Assembly (NCBI GenBank): GCA_963665115.1
Contig: OY762007.1
Coordinates: forward strand, 5,600,001-5,664,000
DNA length: 64,000 nt
Origin: an uncultured Rivularia sp.
Lineage (GTDB): Bacteria > Cyanobacteriota > Cyanobacteriia > Cyanobacteriales > Nostocaceae
Direction of reading: 5' to 3'
Under the pieces are notes generated by a model. The model worked only from the letters and a program-made list of their open reading frames with translations, did no database searches and had not been told where the DNA came from. Positions 1 to 10,492 of the stretch are shown here, one piece after another (within the stretch, counting starts at the first letter, position 1; every line of letters begins with the position of its first letter). Both the position numbers and the translations under genes were made by a program.

Positions 1-22
1 TGACCTTTAACCTTAAGAACTC

Positions 23-1105
23 CTAACTATTGCCTGTTCCCCCCAACCCTATTCCCTCTTCTTTTAGCAATTTTGGACGAAGATACAGATTTTCCAAAAC
101 TACTGTGATACCTGCTACCCAAGGGGGGACAATCACGGCTCCGATAATTCCTAAAACTTGGGTTCCTCCTAATACTGCTAATAGCTGATAAAAAGGGTGA
201 ACTCTTACGGTGTTACCAACTAATAAAGGATCTAATACATAAGATTCAAGATTTTGAATAATTACAAACAATAGAAGTACCCATAGAACAGTCAATCCTC
301 CTTGGGGGATGGCGACAATCAAAGCCGGAACCGCTCCCAATACTGGCCCCACAAACGGTATGACGTTGGTAAATGCTGCAATCGTGCCTAATGCCAAAGC
401 AAACTCTGAAAGCCCTAAAACTCGTAAAGCAAGGGTAATAACAATACCTAAAATCAAAGAAACTAAAACTCTTCCTTGAACGTATCCCCCCATGCGGCGA
501 GAAATTGGTAAGACTTGTGCTTCAAGACGTTGATCCCAAGGTTGTGGAAAAAAGCTTACCAAACCTCGAATTAAACTTTTACTTCCAGCAGCCATATAGC
601 CAGAAATCACCACAGCCAAAATTAGATTGATCGCAGCACCAAGAATACCAAAAGTCACTCCGAAAGAACGTAAAACTAGCTTCTGACTCGAACGAAACAA
701 CCCATTAGTAAGCGCTTGAAGATCGAAGAATTGTTCTATAGTTTCTAATTGAGTGATTCCTACTCGTGCAGCTAAATTTTCCACAGCTACACCCAAATTT
801 TCCAAATAAATCGGAAATCTGCGGGCTAAACGTTGGATTTGTTCGGAAACAGAAGGGCCAATTAACAACCCGACTACAATAAGTACCGCAATCAAACCCA
901 GATAAAACAGAATAACCCCCAACCAACGGGGAAAACGAAATCTTTCGAGCGCATCAACAAAAGGCGTAATAGTCGCAGCCAACACCGTAGCAATCATCAA
1001 AGTTAAAACTAAACTTCTTAATTGCCACAATAAAATTACTAGAAAAAATCCAGCAATTATTAGTAGAACATCGTACAGAGTGAAAGATTTACGTTTTTCT
1101 GACAT
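23..1105 (-). CDS. AI-2E family transporter (PerM-like)
   Basis: Multi-TM protein with IPFVGP and QNLESYVLDPLLVG motifs. Start placed at MSEKRK (1105) because the ORF extension to 1189 is repeat-derived. Confidence 0.88.
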   Translation of the reverse strand: MSEKRKSFTLYDVLLIIAGFFLVILLWQLRSLVLTLMIATVLAATITPFVDALERFRFPRWLGVILFYLGLIAVLIVVGLLIGPSVSEQIQRLARRFPIYLENLGVAVENLAARVGITQLETIEQFFDLQALTNGLFRSSQKLVLRSFGVTFGILGAAINLILAVVISGYMAAGSKSLIRGLVSFFPQPWDQRLEAQVLPISRRMGGYVQGRVLVSLILGIVITLALRVLGLSEFALALGTIAAFTNVIPFVGPVLGAVPALIVAIPQGGLTVLWVLLLFVIIQNLESYVLDPLLVGNTVRVHPFYQLLAVLGGTQVLGIIGAVIVPPWVAGITVVLENLYLRPKLLKEEGIGLGGTGNS

Positions 1106-1246
1106 AGGGATGGGGGATGGGGAGATAGGGAAGAGGGGGAAGAGGGGGAAGAGGGGGGAGAGGGGGAGACAAGGGGACAAGGAGATCAAAATAATTTTAA
1201 CTTTGACCTTTGACCTTTGACCTTTAACCTTTAACCTTTGACCTTT
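1106..1246. repeat. STRR tracts (GGGGAAGAG/GGGGAGA-type and TTGACCT/TTAACCT heptamers)
   Basis: Directly visible tandem repeats between cysS and the AI-2E gene. Confidence 0.9.
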
Positions 1247-2701
1247 CTAATTCCTGTGCCATTTTGTGCCTTCTTTACTGTCAATTAAGGCAATTCCTTG
1301 TGCTTGTAATTCGTCGCGAATGCGGTCGGATTCGGCGAAGTTTTTGGATTTTCTGGCTTCTTTTCTTTGTTGAATTAGTGCTTCAATTTCTCGAACGCTC
1401 AAACTGTCATTCGTTGCTGTTGCCGCTTCCAATTCTATTTGAGCTTCTAATCCGAGTACATCAGCTAATGTAACTAATGTTTGCCACATTTTTTGTAATT
1501 CTTCTGGTGCGGTTTCGGTTTTACCTTGATGCACTAAGATATTTCCTTCCTTACCAAGTTCTTTCGCCAATTCAAACAATACGCTTAAACCGCTAGAAAA
1601 ATTAAAGTCATTATTTACAGCTTCTCGAAAACGTTGAGTGTAAGAATTTTCTCCTTGTCCGCTTGTCTCCTTGTCCCAACCAAGTTTCTCTCCATATTTG
1701 TGACCAAAAACCAACCCTTCTTTAAGAGTATTCCAGCCATTTGTGGCTGCTTGGATGGCTTCGTCGGTAAAGTCAATTGGTTTGCGGTATTGGGCTGTAA
1801 GTACAAATAACCTTACAGCCATAGGTTCAACACCTTTATCAAGTAGTTGGCGAATGGTGATGAAGTTACCTAATGATTTAGACATTTTCTCACCTTCAAC
1901 TTTCACCATGCCGTTGTGCAGCCAGTAATTAGCTAAAGGTTTACCTGTGACGGCTTCGGATTGAGCGATTTCGTTTTCGTGATGGGGGAAAATTAAATCG
2001 GCTCCACCTGCGTGAATATCAATGGTTTCTCCCAAACGCTCTCTAACCATTGCAGAGCATTCAATATGCCACCCCGGACGACCTTTTCCCCAAGGTGAAT
2101 CCCAAGCGGGTTCTTCTGGCTTTGCTGCTTTCCACAATGCAAAATCAAACTGATATCTTTTCTTTTGATATTCTGAATCTTCTACATTTACTCTTTCGCT
2201 AGCTCCAGCCTGCATATCCTCTAATTTACGTCCGGAAAGCTTGCCGTATTGATCAAATTTCTGTACGGCATAATAAACATCACCTTGCGACGGATAAGCA
2301 TATTCTTTGTTTTCCAACTCGTGAATTAACCGCTTAATTCCATCCATAGTTTGAGTAGCGCGGGGATATTCGTCGGCTTCTTTGACGTTCAAACGCGCCA
2401 TGTCGTCAAAATAGGCTTTGATATATTTCTCGGCTACAGCTTCCATCGATGAGCCTTCTTCCCTGGCTCGCTTCAAAATTTTATCGTCAACATCGGTAAA
2501 ATTCTGCACGTAACGGACTTGATAACCGCTAAATTGTAAATAGCGCCGTACCACGTCCCATACAATGCAAGCTCTAGCATGACCCAAATGGCAGTAATCA
2601 TAAACCGTCACTCCGCAGTAATACATCTTAACTTTTGTTGGTTCTACTGTTTTGAAGGGTTCTTGGCGACGGGTAAGACTGTTGTAAACTGTTAGGGTCA
2701 T
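1247..2701 (-). CDS. cysS: cysteine--tRNA ligase
   Basis: CGVTVYDYCHLGHAR (HIGH-like), GRPGWHIEC and KMSKS motifs. Confidence 0.98.
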   Translation of the reverse strand: MTLTVYNSLTRRQEPFKTVEPTKVKMYYCGVTVYDYCHLGHARACIVWDVVRRYLQFSGYQVRYVQNFTDVDDKILKRAREEGSSMEAVAEKYIKAYFDDMARLNVKEADEYPRATQTMDGIKRLIHELENKEYAYPSQGDVYYAVQKFDQYGKLSGRKLEDMQAGASERVNVEDSEYQKKRYQFDFALWKAAKPEEPAWDSPWGKGRPGWHIECSAMVRERLGETIDIHAGGADLIFPHHENEIAQSEAVTGKPLANYWLHNGMVKVEGEKMSKSLGNFITIRQLLDKGVEPMAVRLFVLTAQYRKPIDFTDEAIQAATNGWNTLKEGLVFGHKYGEKLGWDKETSGQGENSYTQRFREAVNNDFNFSSGLSVLFELAKELGKEGNILVHQGKTETAPEELQKMWQTLVTLADVLGLEAQIELEAATATNDSLSVREIEALIQQRKEARKSKNFAESDRIRDELQAQGIALIDSKEGTKWHRN

Positions 2702-2823
2702 GACCAATTAATTTTTAAATAAGCTGCTACGCAATAATAAGGTAAAGCAGTTTTGCGTTACTACCTACGCTACATTATTATTTTTAATTCTTTTCCAATT
2801 TTAGTTAATTTACTGTTCTCGCC

Positions 2824-3957
2824 ATGCAATCAACAGCAACTTCAGATCGAGCAATGGAAGAAACGAAAAAAGGATTGCCAGTCACAATTATTACTGGATT
2901 CCTCGGTAGCGGTAAGACAACTTTACTTAATCATATCTTGACCAATCAGCAGGGTTTGAAAACTGCTGTGTTAGTAAATGAATTTGGCGAAATTGGTATT
3001 GATAACGAGTTGGTAGTCTCCACCGACGATAACATGGTGGAGTTAAACAACGGCTGTATCTGCTGCACCATCAATAGCGATTTGGTGGATGCGGTTTACA
3101 AGGTAATGGAACGCCAAGACAATATCGATTATCTGGTTGTGGAAACTACTGGTTTGGCAGATCCCTTACCCGTGGCATTAACCTTTTTGGGAACCGAATT
3201 AAGAGATTTAACTCGTTTGGATTCCATCGTGACTATGGTAGACGCAGCAAATTACAGCATGGATTTATTCAACTCCGAAGCTGCTTTTAGTCAAATCGCT
3301 TACGGTGATGTAATTGTTCTCAACAAAACCGATTTAGTTGATGAAGCCGATTTAGATTCTTTAGAAGTTAAAATTCGGGACATCAAGGAAGGAGCAAGAA
3401 TTCTCCGCACCACAAAATCGCAAGTACCTTTACCTTTAGTTCTTAGCGTCGGTTTGTTCGAGTCAGATAAGTATTTTGACGCTGCCGAAGAACACAACCA
3501 CGACCATCACGACCATAATCATGACCACCACGAACACGACCACCACGAACACAAACACGACCAACACGACCATTCAGAATGCGGTCACGAACATCACGAC
3601 CACCATCACGACCACGACCATCATTCACACCACTTAGAAAATGACGGTTTTACATCGGTGTCATTTGTATCAGAGGAACCGCTATCTATCCGTAAATTTC
3701 AGTATTTTCTAGATAATCAGCTTCCCGACAACATTTTCCGTGGGAAGGGGATATTGTGGTTTGACGAAAGTCCTAAAAGACATATTTTCCACCTTTGCGG
3801 TAAACGCTTTACCCTTGATGATGACGAGTGGAAAGGCGAAAAGAAAAATCAATTAGTGTTGATTGGTCAAAACTTGGACGAAGAAGGTTTATTAAAGCAG
3901 ATAGAAAACTGCGTATGTATACCTTCTGCTAATAAAGGTAAAGGTTTTGGGAAATGA
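2824..3957 (+). CDS. COG0523/CobW family GTPase metallochaperone with His-rich linker
   Basis: GFLGSGKTT, GCICC, ETTG and NKTD motifs; His/Asp-rich tract; CobW C-terminal domain. Confidence 0.93.
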   Translation: MQSTATSDRAMEETKKGLPVTIITGFLGSGKTTLLNHILTNQQGLKTAVLVNEFGEIGIDNELVVSTDDNMVELNNGCICCTINSDLVDAVYKVMERQDNIDYLVVETTGLADPLPVALTFLGTELRDLTRLDSIVTMVDAANYSMDLFNSEAAFSQIAYGDVIVLNKTDLVDEADLDSLEVKIRDIKEGARILRTTKSQVPLPLVLSVGLFESDKYFDAAEEHNHDHHDHNHDHHEHDHHEHKHDQHDHSECGHEHHDHHHDHDHHSHHLENDGFTSVSFVSEEPLSIRKFQYFLDNQLPDNIFRGKGILWFDESPKRHIFHLCGKRFTLDDDEWKGEKKNQLVLIGQNLDEEGLLKQIENCVCIPSANKGKGFGK

Positions 3958-4059
3958 TCGAGGATAAATAAAATAAAGGTTTGTAGTGAGGACTTCAGTC
4001 CTTAAATAAAAACTAAATCCCTTACTACTGATATCTTGCACCATTCTCAACGAGCCTTC

Positions 4060-4125
4060 AGAAACCCGGTTTCTTTTTGTGAAAACATGAACATTCCGTT
4101 GTGCAATCAACAAGAAACCGGGTTT
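4060..4125. repeat. Dispersed palindrome family GAAACCCGGTTT...AAACCGGGTTT (other copies near 10208-10237 and 52959-52992)
   Basis: Three related inverted repeats, each downstream of a gene. Confidence 0.75.
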
Positions 4126-4207
4126 ATGACACTGATAGAAGTGAGTTGCTACGGACTTTTATTGCTGATAACTGATAATTGATAATTGATAATTGATAAT
4201 TGAATTC

Positions 4208-4660
4208 ATGCGCGTAATCATCCAGCGAGTTACATCATCTCAAGTTGCCGTTGATGGTGAAATTATCGGCAAAATAGGCATGGGACTTAATTTACTGGTA
4301 GCAATCGCCAATACCGATACTGAAGCAGAATTAGATTGGATGGCGCGTAAATGTTTGGATTTACGGTTGTTTCCAGATTTAGCTGAAAATAAACCTTGGC
4401 AAAAATCGATATTAGAAATCGGTGGCGAGTTATTAGTTGTTAGCCAGTTTACCCTTTATGGAGACTGCCGCAAAGGTCGTCGTCCTTCCATGAGTCGTTC
4501 GGCATCTCCAGAAATTGCCGAAAATCTATACAATTGTTTCGCAGAAAAGTTGCGTAGTAGCGGTTTACGGGTTGAGATGGGTAAATTTGGCGCTATGATG
4601 CAAGTCTCAATTGAAAACGACGGTCCCGTAACTTTAATACTCGAACGCGAAGCAGACTAA
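4208..4660 (+). CDS. dtd: D-aminoacyl-tRNA deacylase
   Basis: [13 protein letters not shown] and NDGPVT motifs. Confidence 0.96.
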   Translation: MRVIIQRVTSSQVAVDGEIIGKIGMGLNLLVAIANTDTEAELDWMARKCLDLRLFPDLAENKPWQKSILEIGGELLVVSQFTLYGDCRKGRRPSMSRSASPEIAENLYNCFAEKLRSSGLRVEMGKFGAMMQVSIENDGPVTLILEREAD

Positions 4661-4857
4661 GGATTTATACGTAAATCTAACTATTCTAAAAGTAATAGTT
4701 GATAGATCCTTTATTGTTAATTAACAATATTCAAAACTTCCTATATCCTTTCTGAACTTATAATCACAAGCTTTTTTTAAACTTAATATTACAATTTGGT
4801 TCTAAATGATGAGACAATCATAGTTTAACCATCATCGAATTTTAAATTACACGTATT

Positions 4858-5193
4858 ATGGCAAAAATACAGTTTTCAAGAGGTGTCAACGAACAAGTAA
4901 TTCCAGAAGTACGCTTAACACGTTCGCGTAGTGGAGACAGCGGTACCGCGACGTTTATCTTTAACAATCCGAAAGCTTTGGATGAAGGAAGCACCGATGA
5001 AATTACTGGAATGTACATGGTTGACGAAGAAGGAGAAATCGTTACTCGCGAAGTTAAAGGTAAATTTATTAACGGCAAAGCAGAAGCTTTAGAAGCAATT
5101 TATTTAATGAAATCTGCCGAGGAATGGGAGCGTTTTATGCGCTTTATGGAACGCTACGCCTCGGAGAACGAATTAGGATTAGACAAGAGTTAA
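4858..5193 (+). CDS. psb28: photosystem II assembly factor Psb28
   Basis: MAKIQFSRG...VRLTRSR...[12 protein letters not shown]. Confidence 0.96.
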   Translation: MAKIQFSRGVNEQVIPEVRLTRSRSGDSGTATFIFNNPKALDEGSTDEITGMYMVDEEGEIVTREVKGKFINGKAEALEAIYLMKSAEEWERFMRFMERYASENELGLDKS

Positions 5194-5199
5194 AAGAGT

Positions 5200-5395
5200 T
5201 AAGAGTAGGGAGTAGGGAGTAGAAAGTAGGGAGTAGGGAGTAGGGAGTAGGGAGTAGAGAGTAGGGAGTAGCAAGTAGGGAGTAGGGAGTAAATCACTTT
5301 TTTTGTTGTCATAAATGTCGCTGCTAATTACGTCTATTTTTACTCATTACTCATTACTCACTACTCACTACTCACTACTCACTACTTTAATAATG
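5200..5395 (+). repeat. Composite dispersed element: (GGGAGTA)n - unique core - (CACTACT)n
   Basis: Reverse-complement copy at ~9566-9732 shares the unique core. Confidence 0.85.
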
Positions 5396-5490
5396 TCTCC
5401 CAATTCCCAATTCCTAAAATCATTAAAAAACAACCCTCACATACAGTAAGGATTGTTTAAATATCATTTATTTGATTGTTTGAAAGAAAC

Positions 5491-6594
5491 CTACATCTGA
5501 GTAATTGCGAAAGCCACAGAAGCTAGTATTGCAGCGATAATGTAAAATACACTAACTACTAGTAGTTCTGACCAGCCAGAAAGTTCTAAATGATGGTGTA
5601 AAGGTGCCATTTTGAACAAGCGCTTACCTTTACCATCGGGACCTTTTGTAGCTTTGTAGTAACTTACCTGTGCCATTACTGAAAGCGTTTCTACAAAGAA
5701 GATACCGCTAATTAGAAACAGCGCGACTAAAGTATTAGATAACAGTCCAACTGCTGCTAAACCTCCTCCCAACGCTAGGGAACCTGTATCTCCCATGAAA
5801 ACGCGAGCAGGATTGCGGTTGTGCGCTAGAAATCCCAGACAAGCACCGCTGAAAGATGCACAGAAAATCATCAATCCGGGTGAAGTAGGAGCAACAATAA
5901 CAGCTAATGCTAATAGTGCGATCGCCGCAGTACCAGCAGCTAATCCATCAACACCGTCAGTCAAGTTAGTGGCATTACTTTCTGCCACCATTACAAAACA
6001 AGATAAAGGTAAAAATAGTAACCACCCTAAAGGCAAAGAAAAGCCCAAGGGAAAAGAAATACTCGTAATAGTAGAAGGCTGACTAATAAATAACCATCCG
6101 CAAAAAGCGACTGCGAAACCAACTTGTAAAGCAAGCTTCATTTTAGGTGAAATACCCTTATTTGACTTGCGGCGAAGAATCTGCCAATCGTCAATCCAGC
6201 CGACAAAACCGTAGCTTAATGTCAAAGCGGATACGGCAATAGTCTCAATCGTAAAATTAGATAAAACACAAGCAACTAATATTGCTACGGGAACAAAGAA
6301 TATGCCTCCCATCGTTGGGGTACCGGCTTTCTTTAAATGAGCTTGGGGGCCATCCTCGCGGATAATTTGCCCAGCCTTAAGCGCTTGCAGCCAAGGAACA
6401 GCCCAAAAGCCTAATCCGGCAGCAATCAAAGCCGATACTAAAAATGGTAGGGTTAAAGAAGTTCCTTGCCAGGGGGAGCGAGAAGCTGCTCCATCTAAAA
6501 CTAGTGCTGTTGCACCCAGCCCTATGCCTAACAAAGAAACCAAACGGATACCATTGAGGTTCAAACCTTGGTTTGGAGATAGTTTTGCGTCCAC
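5491..6594 (-). CDS. mraY: phospho-N-acetylmuramoyl-pentapeptide transferase
   Basis: KAGTPTMGG, NLTDGVDGL, FMGDTGS and MAPLHHHLE motifs. Confidence 0.98.
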   Translation of the reverse strand: MDAKLSPNQGLNLNGIRLVSLLGIGLGATALVLDGAASRSPWQGTSLTLPFLVSALIAAGLGFWAVPWLQALKAGQIIREDGPQAHLKKAGTPTMGGIFFVPVAILVACVLSNFTIETIAVSALTLSYGFVGWIDDWQILRRKSNKGISPKMKLALQVGFAVAFCGWLFISQPSTITSISFPLGFSLPLGWLLFLPLSCFVMVAESNATNLTDGVDGLAAGTAAIALLALAVIVAPTSPGLMIFCASFSGACLGFLAHNRNPARVFMGDTGSLALGGGLAAVGLLSNTLVALFLISGIFFVETLSVMAQVSYYKATKGPDGKGKRLFKMAPLHHHLELSGWSELLVVSVFYIIAAILASVAFAITQM

Positions 6595-6671
6595 GGAAAT
6601 TTCCCTTCACTCCACACTATTAAAAAATCACACTCAGCACACTTCACGCGCAGTCTTCTGTCCTTAACAAG

Positions 6672-6926
6672 CTATTCCGGACTAGGACTTGCATCGTCGT
6701 CATCATCATCATCATCGTCATCGTCTTCATCAAATTCATAATCCCCTTCAATACCCATCAAGGAATTTATGTCTTGTCGTTTCTCTTCCGGTTGTGGTTC
6801 AACTGGATCGCGAGATATTAAGCGTCCGTTTTCCTGCAACCAGTCTAATAAGGAAGATTCTTGTTTTAATGGAATTACAGAGGCTCTCCGGCTACGGGGA
6901 ACTTCATATAAAGGAGAATTTATCAT
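6672..6926 (-). CDS. DUF3134-like small cyanobacterial protein with poly-Asp tail
   Basis: SLLDWLQENGRLISR motif, upstream of mraY. Confidence 0.75.
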   Translation of the reverse strand: MINSPLYEVPRSRRASVIPLKQESSLLDWLQENGRLISRDPVEPQPEEKRQDINSLMGIEGDYEFDEDDDDDDDDDDDASPSPE

Positions 6927-7160
6927 AAATGCTTCGGATACGAAGAGTAAGGAACTGACTTGACATTAAGAGTCTATCACTTGATACAGAATATTTTAGT
7001 TATTCATTCAACTCTTTTGATTATAAATCCGACAAAAAACTCCTTCTTTAATATTGCTGCATAGTCATAACTACAGATTTCTTTGAATTTGTAGGATGCT
7101 ATACACATTCACTCTAATATCTCGTTTTAATTATCAATCCGAATTGAGGTCATAGCACGG

Positions 7161-7742
7161 ATGAGAAAAACTACTTTATTAGAAGTAATCGCGGGAAAAA
7201 ATCTAGGTAGTAACGCTACCGACGCTGATAAACAAAATATCTTATCGGCGATCGCCAATTTAGAAGATTTCAACCCAACACCGCGCCCGCTAGAAGCCAC
7301 CGATTTGTTAGATGGCAACTGGCGATTACTATATACAACCAGTTCCGAACTATTAAATCTTAACCGCATACCGCTAACAAATCTAACTAAAATTTATCAG
7401 TGTATTCGCGTAAAAGACAGATCGGTATATAACATTGCCGAGATTAGTGGTTTACCATTTCTTGAAGGTTTAGTTAGTGTCGCGGCAAAATTTGAACCAG
7501 TTTCCTCAAAGCGAGTTCAAGTTAAATTTGAACGTTCAATTATCGGTTTGCAACGTTTAATCGATTACAAATATCCAGGAAACTTTATTGAAGAAATTGA
7601 ATCAGGTAAGAAATTTCTTGCAATTGATTTTCCGATTAAAAGCAACGAACAACAAGGATGGTTGGACATTACTTACTTAGATAACGACTTACGTATTGGT
7701 AGAGGAAACCAGGGAAGTGTCTTTGTATTAACTAAGTCATAA
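7161..7742 (+). CDS. PAP/fibrillin family protein
   Basis: LEDFNPTP, GNWRLLYTT and GWLDITYLDNDLRIGRG motifs. Confidence 0.92.
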   Translation: MRKTTLLEVIAGKNLGSNATDADKQNILSAIANLEDFNPTPRPLEATDLLDGNWRLLYTTSSELLNLNRIPLTNLTKIYQCIRVKDRSVYNIAEISGLPFLEGLVSVAAKFEPVSSKRVQVKFERSIIGLQRLIDYKYPGNFIEEIESGKKFLAIDFPIKSNEQQGWLDITYLDNDLRIGRGNQGSVFVLTKS

Positions 7743-7822
7743 AATATTTTCTAATAACTGTTTGCGAACAAGAACGTATTTCATAAACAATACTTTGTCA
7801 AGGGGGTGAGGCACCGTATTTT

Positions 7823-8118
7823 GGGAATTGGGCACCGGGGATGGGTAATAGGGAATGGGATTTTGGATTTGAAAAGTTAGGAGTTATGAGTGAGTAGCAA
7901 GTGAAGAGTAGCGAGTAGCGAGTAAAAAAATAGGTTTCGGGTGAGATGCTTCCGATTATTTCAGTAAGAATTATCGCACTGCGCCTATGGCAGACCTTTT
8001 ATTTGCTACTTATACTTGCTACTTGCTACTCGCTACTTACCACTTACTACTCGCTACTTGCTACTTACTACTTGCTCCTCGCTACTCGCTCCTTTTCACC
8101 CCATCCCCATTCCCAATT
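7823..8118. repeat. STRR element with inverted heptamer arms (GAGTAGC/GCTACTC, GGGAATT/AATTCCC)
   Basis: Heptamer arrays in opposite orientations around a unique spacer. Confidence 0.8.
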
Positions 8119-8233
8119 CCGCATCATCTAGACAAATAACTTAACAAACCCTATATGGTAGTCCTTCAAGTTGTAAAGTGAAATCAATCAGCCCTGCATA
8201 AAAGGCAATAAATAATTAAAGAGGCAAAAACTT

Positions 8234-8608
8234 ATGGTTCAACGTGGTTCTAAAGTGCGCGTTCTTCGCCCCGAATCTTATTGGTATCAGGATGTAGGTA
8301 CCGTAGCTACTGTTGATAAAACCGGCATTATATATCCGGTAATTGTCCGCTTTGATAAAGTTAACTACTCTGGTATCAATACTAATAACTTTGCAGAAGA
8401 TGAAGTTATTGAAATTGAAGCACCCAAAGCTAAGGGTAAAAAATCCACGCCTACAGCTTCCGGTGGCAAACAAACTCCCGTAGATCCAAAACAACGTGCA
8501 ACCGGACAAGGTACTAAACCTACTGGTAAAACAGGCGCTCAAGCCGAGTCTGCTGAAGCTAACGTTCAGAAAGAAGGTACTCCAGATCAAGGAACCGAAT
8601 CTCGTTAA
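8234..8608 (+). CDS. psaE: photosystem I subunit IV with C-terminal extension
   Basis: [18 protein letters not shown]...[12 protein letters not shown]...TNNF. Confidence 0.95.
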   Translation: MVQRGSKVRVLRPESYWYQDVGTVATVDKTGIIYPVIVRFDKVNYSGINTNNFAEDEVIEIEAPKAKGKKSTPTASGGKQTPVDPKQRATGQGTKPTGKTGAQAESAEANVQKEGTPDQGTESR

Positions 8609-8611
8609 GTT

Positions 8612-9541
8612 GTGCCAGAATTACCAGAAGTTGAAACAGTTAGAAGGGGTTTAAATCAATTAACCCGCTTGAGAAAAATCACGGGAGGAGATGTATTGCT
8701 TAACCGCACCATCGCCTACCCGTTTTCTGCTGAAGATTTTTTAAATGGTCTTAAAGAAAGAGAAATAATCTCTTGGCATCGTCGCGGTAAGTATCTGATC
8801 GCAGAACTGAGTTTATTAGAAGAGGACAAGGAGACAAGGAGACAAGGAGATCAAGCACAAAAGAATTCTACCCCCTCTACCCCCTCTACCCCCTCTCCCC
8901 CTCTCCCCATCCCTTCCGCCCTCGGCGTTCATCTGCGAATGACTGGCCAACTACTGTGGTTGCCTCAAAATGAACCTTTGCACAAACATACGCGGGTAAG
9001 ATTGTTCTTTGGTGAGGAATGGGAATTGCGCTTCGTGGATCAGCGTACTTTTGGTCAGATGTGGTGGGTTCCTCCCAAGGTTGAAACACAAAGTATTATT
9101 ACTGGTTTAGCAAAGCTTGCAGCAGATCCTTTTTCAACAGAATTTACTGTAGAGTATCTTGCTGATAAACTCAAAAATCGTCGCCGCGCCATCAAGACTG
9201 CGCTACTAGATCAATCTGTGGTGGCGGGGATAGGTAATATTTATGCTGATGAAGCGTTGTTTCTCAGTGGGATACAGCCAGAAACTTTATGTCTAAATTT
9301 GCGAGTAGAACAGATAGAGAGTCTGCACTCTAGCATTATTAAAGTCTTAAAAACTAGCATTGAAGCTGGAGGCACCACTTTCAGTAATTTCCTCAACGTG
9401 CAGGGAGTTAATGGAAACTACGCCCATGTGGCATGGGTTTATAACCGCACCGGGGAACCTTGTCGAAATTGCAGTCATCCAATTGAGCGAATTAAATTAG
9501 CTGGAAGATCCAGTCATTTTTGCCCCCAGTGTCAGGAGTGA
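8612..9541 (+). CDS. mutM: formamidopyrimidine-DNA glycosylase
   Basis: MPELPEVE, RRGKY, HLRMTG, GIGNIYADE and C-terminal C4 zinc finger. Confidence 0.97.
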   Translation: MPELPEVETVRRGLNQLTRLRKITGGDVLLNRTIAYPFSAEDFLNGLKEREIISWHRRGKYLIAELSLLEEDKETRRQGDQAQKNSTPSTPSTPSPPLPIPSALGVHLRMTGQLLWLPQNEPLHKHTRVRLFFGEEWELRFVDQRTFGQMWWVPPKVETQSIITGLAKLAADPFSTEFTVEYLADKLKNRRRAIKTALLDQSVVAGIGNIYADEALFLSGIQPETLCLNLRVEQIESLHSSIIKVLKTSIEAGGTTFSNFLNVQGVNGNYAHVAWVYNRTGEPCRNCSHPIERIKLAGRSSHFCPQCQE

Positions 9542-9565
9542 TGGGGAGACGGGGAGACAAGGGGA

Positions 9566-9732
9566 CATTATTAAAGTAGTGAGTAGTGAGTAATGAGTAA
9601 TAAGTAATGAGTAATGAGTAACAAGTCGCGAGTAAAAATAGACGGGCAGAAGTACCGACATTTATGACAATAATAAAAAAGTGATTTACTTGCTACTTTC
9701 TACTCCCTACTCCCTACTCAATACTCCTAACT
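9566..9732 (-). repeat. Second copy of the composite STRR-core element
   Basis: AAAAATAGACG...CGACATTTATGACAA...AAAAAAGTGATTTACT is the reverse complement of ~5288-5344. Confidence 0.85.
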
Positions 9733-9816
9733 ATTCTCCCAATCCCCATTGCCCAATTCAGCGTTCAAGCTACAATTCTGAGTAAAAATAATCGTATTTA
9801 TTAGAGAGGAAAATTT

Positions 9817-10032
9817 ATGGCTGTCAAAAAAGGAACGATGGTTCGTGCTATTCGGGAAAAGCTAGAAAACAGCTTGGAGGCTAAAGCTAGCGATTCTCGT
9901 CTTCCTTCTTATTTGTTTGAAACTGAAGGGGAAATTCTAGATACCAAAGGTGATTATGCTTTGGTGAAGTTTGGAAAGGTGCCTACGCCGAATATTTGGT
10001 TGCGTATGGATCAGCTTGAAGAGTTTAAATAA
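9817..10032 (+). CDS. ndhO: NAD(P)H-quinone oxidoreductase subunit O
   Basis: [17 protein letters not shown]...[13 protein letters not shown]. Confidence 0.95.
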   Translation: MAVKKGTMVRAIREKLENSLEAKASDSRLPSYLFETEGEILDTKGDYALVKFGKVPTPNIWLRMDQLEEFK

Positions 10033-10045
10033 ATTTCAGCTTACC

Positions 10046-10172
10046 CTGGAGGATGTTTTGAAAGGTGGCGATTGAAACGGCTGCTAAACAAGCGAAATTT
10101 TGCTGTCTAGGTTGCCGGATTTTTCTATGTAATAGTACTGAGTAACTGATACTTTTAGAACATCCTTCCAGG
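10046..10172. mobile_element. MITE-like element
   Basis: Imperfect terminal inverted repeats GGATGTTTTGAAAG / CTTTTAGAACATCC. Confidence 0.6.
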
Positions 10173-10323
10173 AGGAGTGTAACATCGATCTTTTGTGAAA
10201 ATTGATCAACCCGGTTTTTTGAAAAAATCGGGTTTCTTCATATCTTACAAATCGAATAAAAATGCTATATTTTGCTAGCTACAGAAGCTTGGGAGCATAT
10301 CCTCTAAGGATTTCAATATATAT

Positions 10324-10358
10324 AAAAGGCAGAACTTTATTATGAAGTTTTGCCTTTT
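10324..10358. terminator. Hairpin with A/T tails (possible bidirectional terminator or operator)
   Basis: AAAAGGCAGAACTT-n7-AAGTTTTGCCTTTT. Confidence 0.5.
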
Positions 10359-10492
10359 TTTGTAGATAAAAATACTATTTGAAAAAAATTGATAGAAAAT
10401 TTCTTAGAAAATACCCTGATGTTTTTTATCATACCCTGAAAACACTTAGTACTAGATTATTCTAGAAAGTGAACTAACATTATTAACCTTCA

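Noticed and set aside
7946..8131. 61-aa ORF rich in LLATYY
   Set aside because: Translation of heptamer repeats
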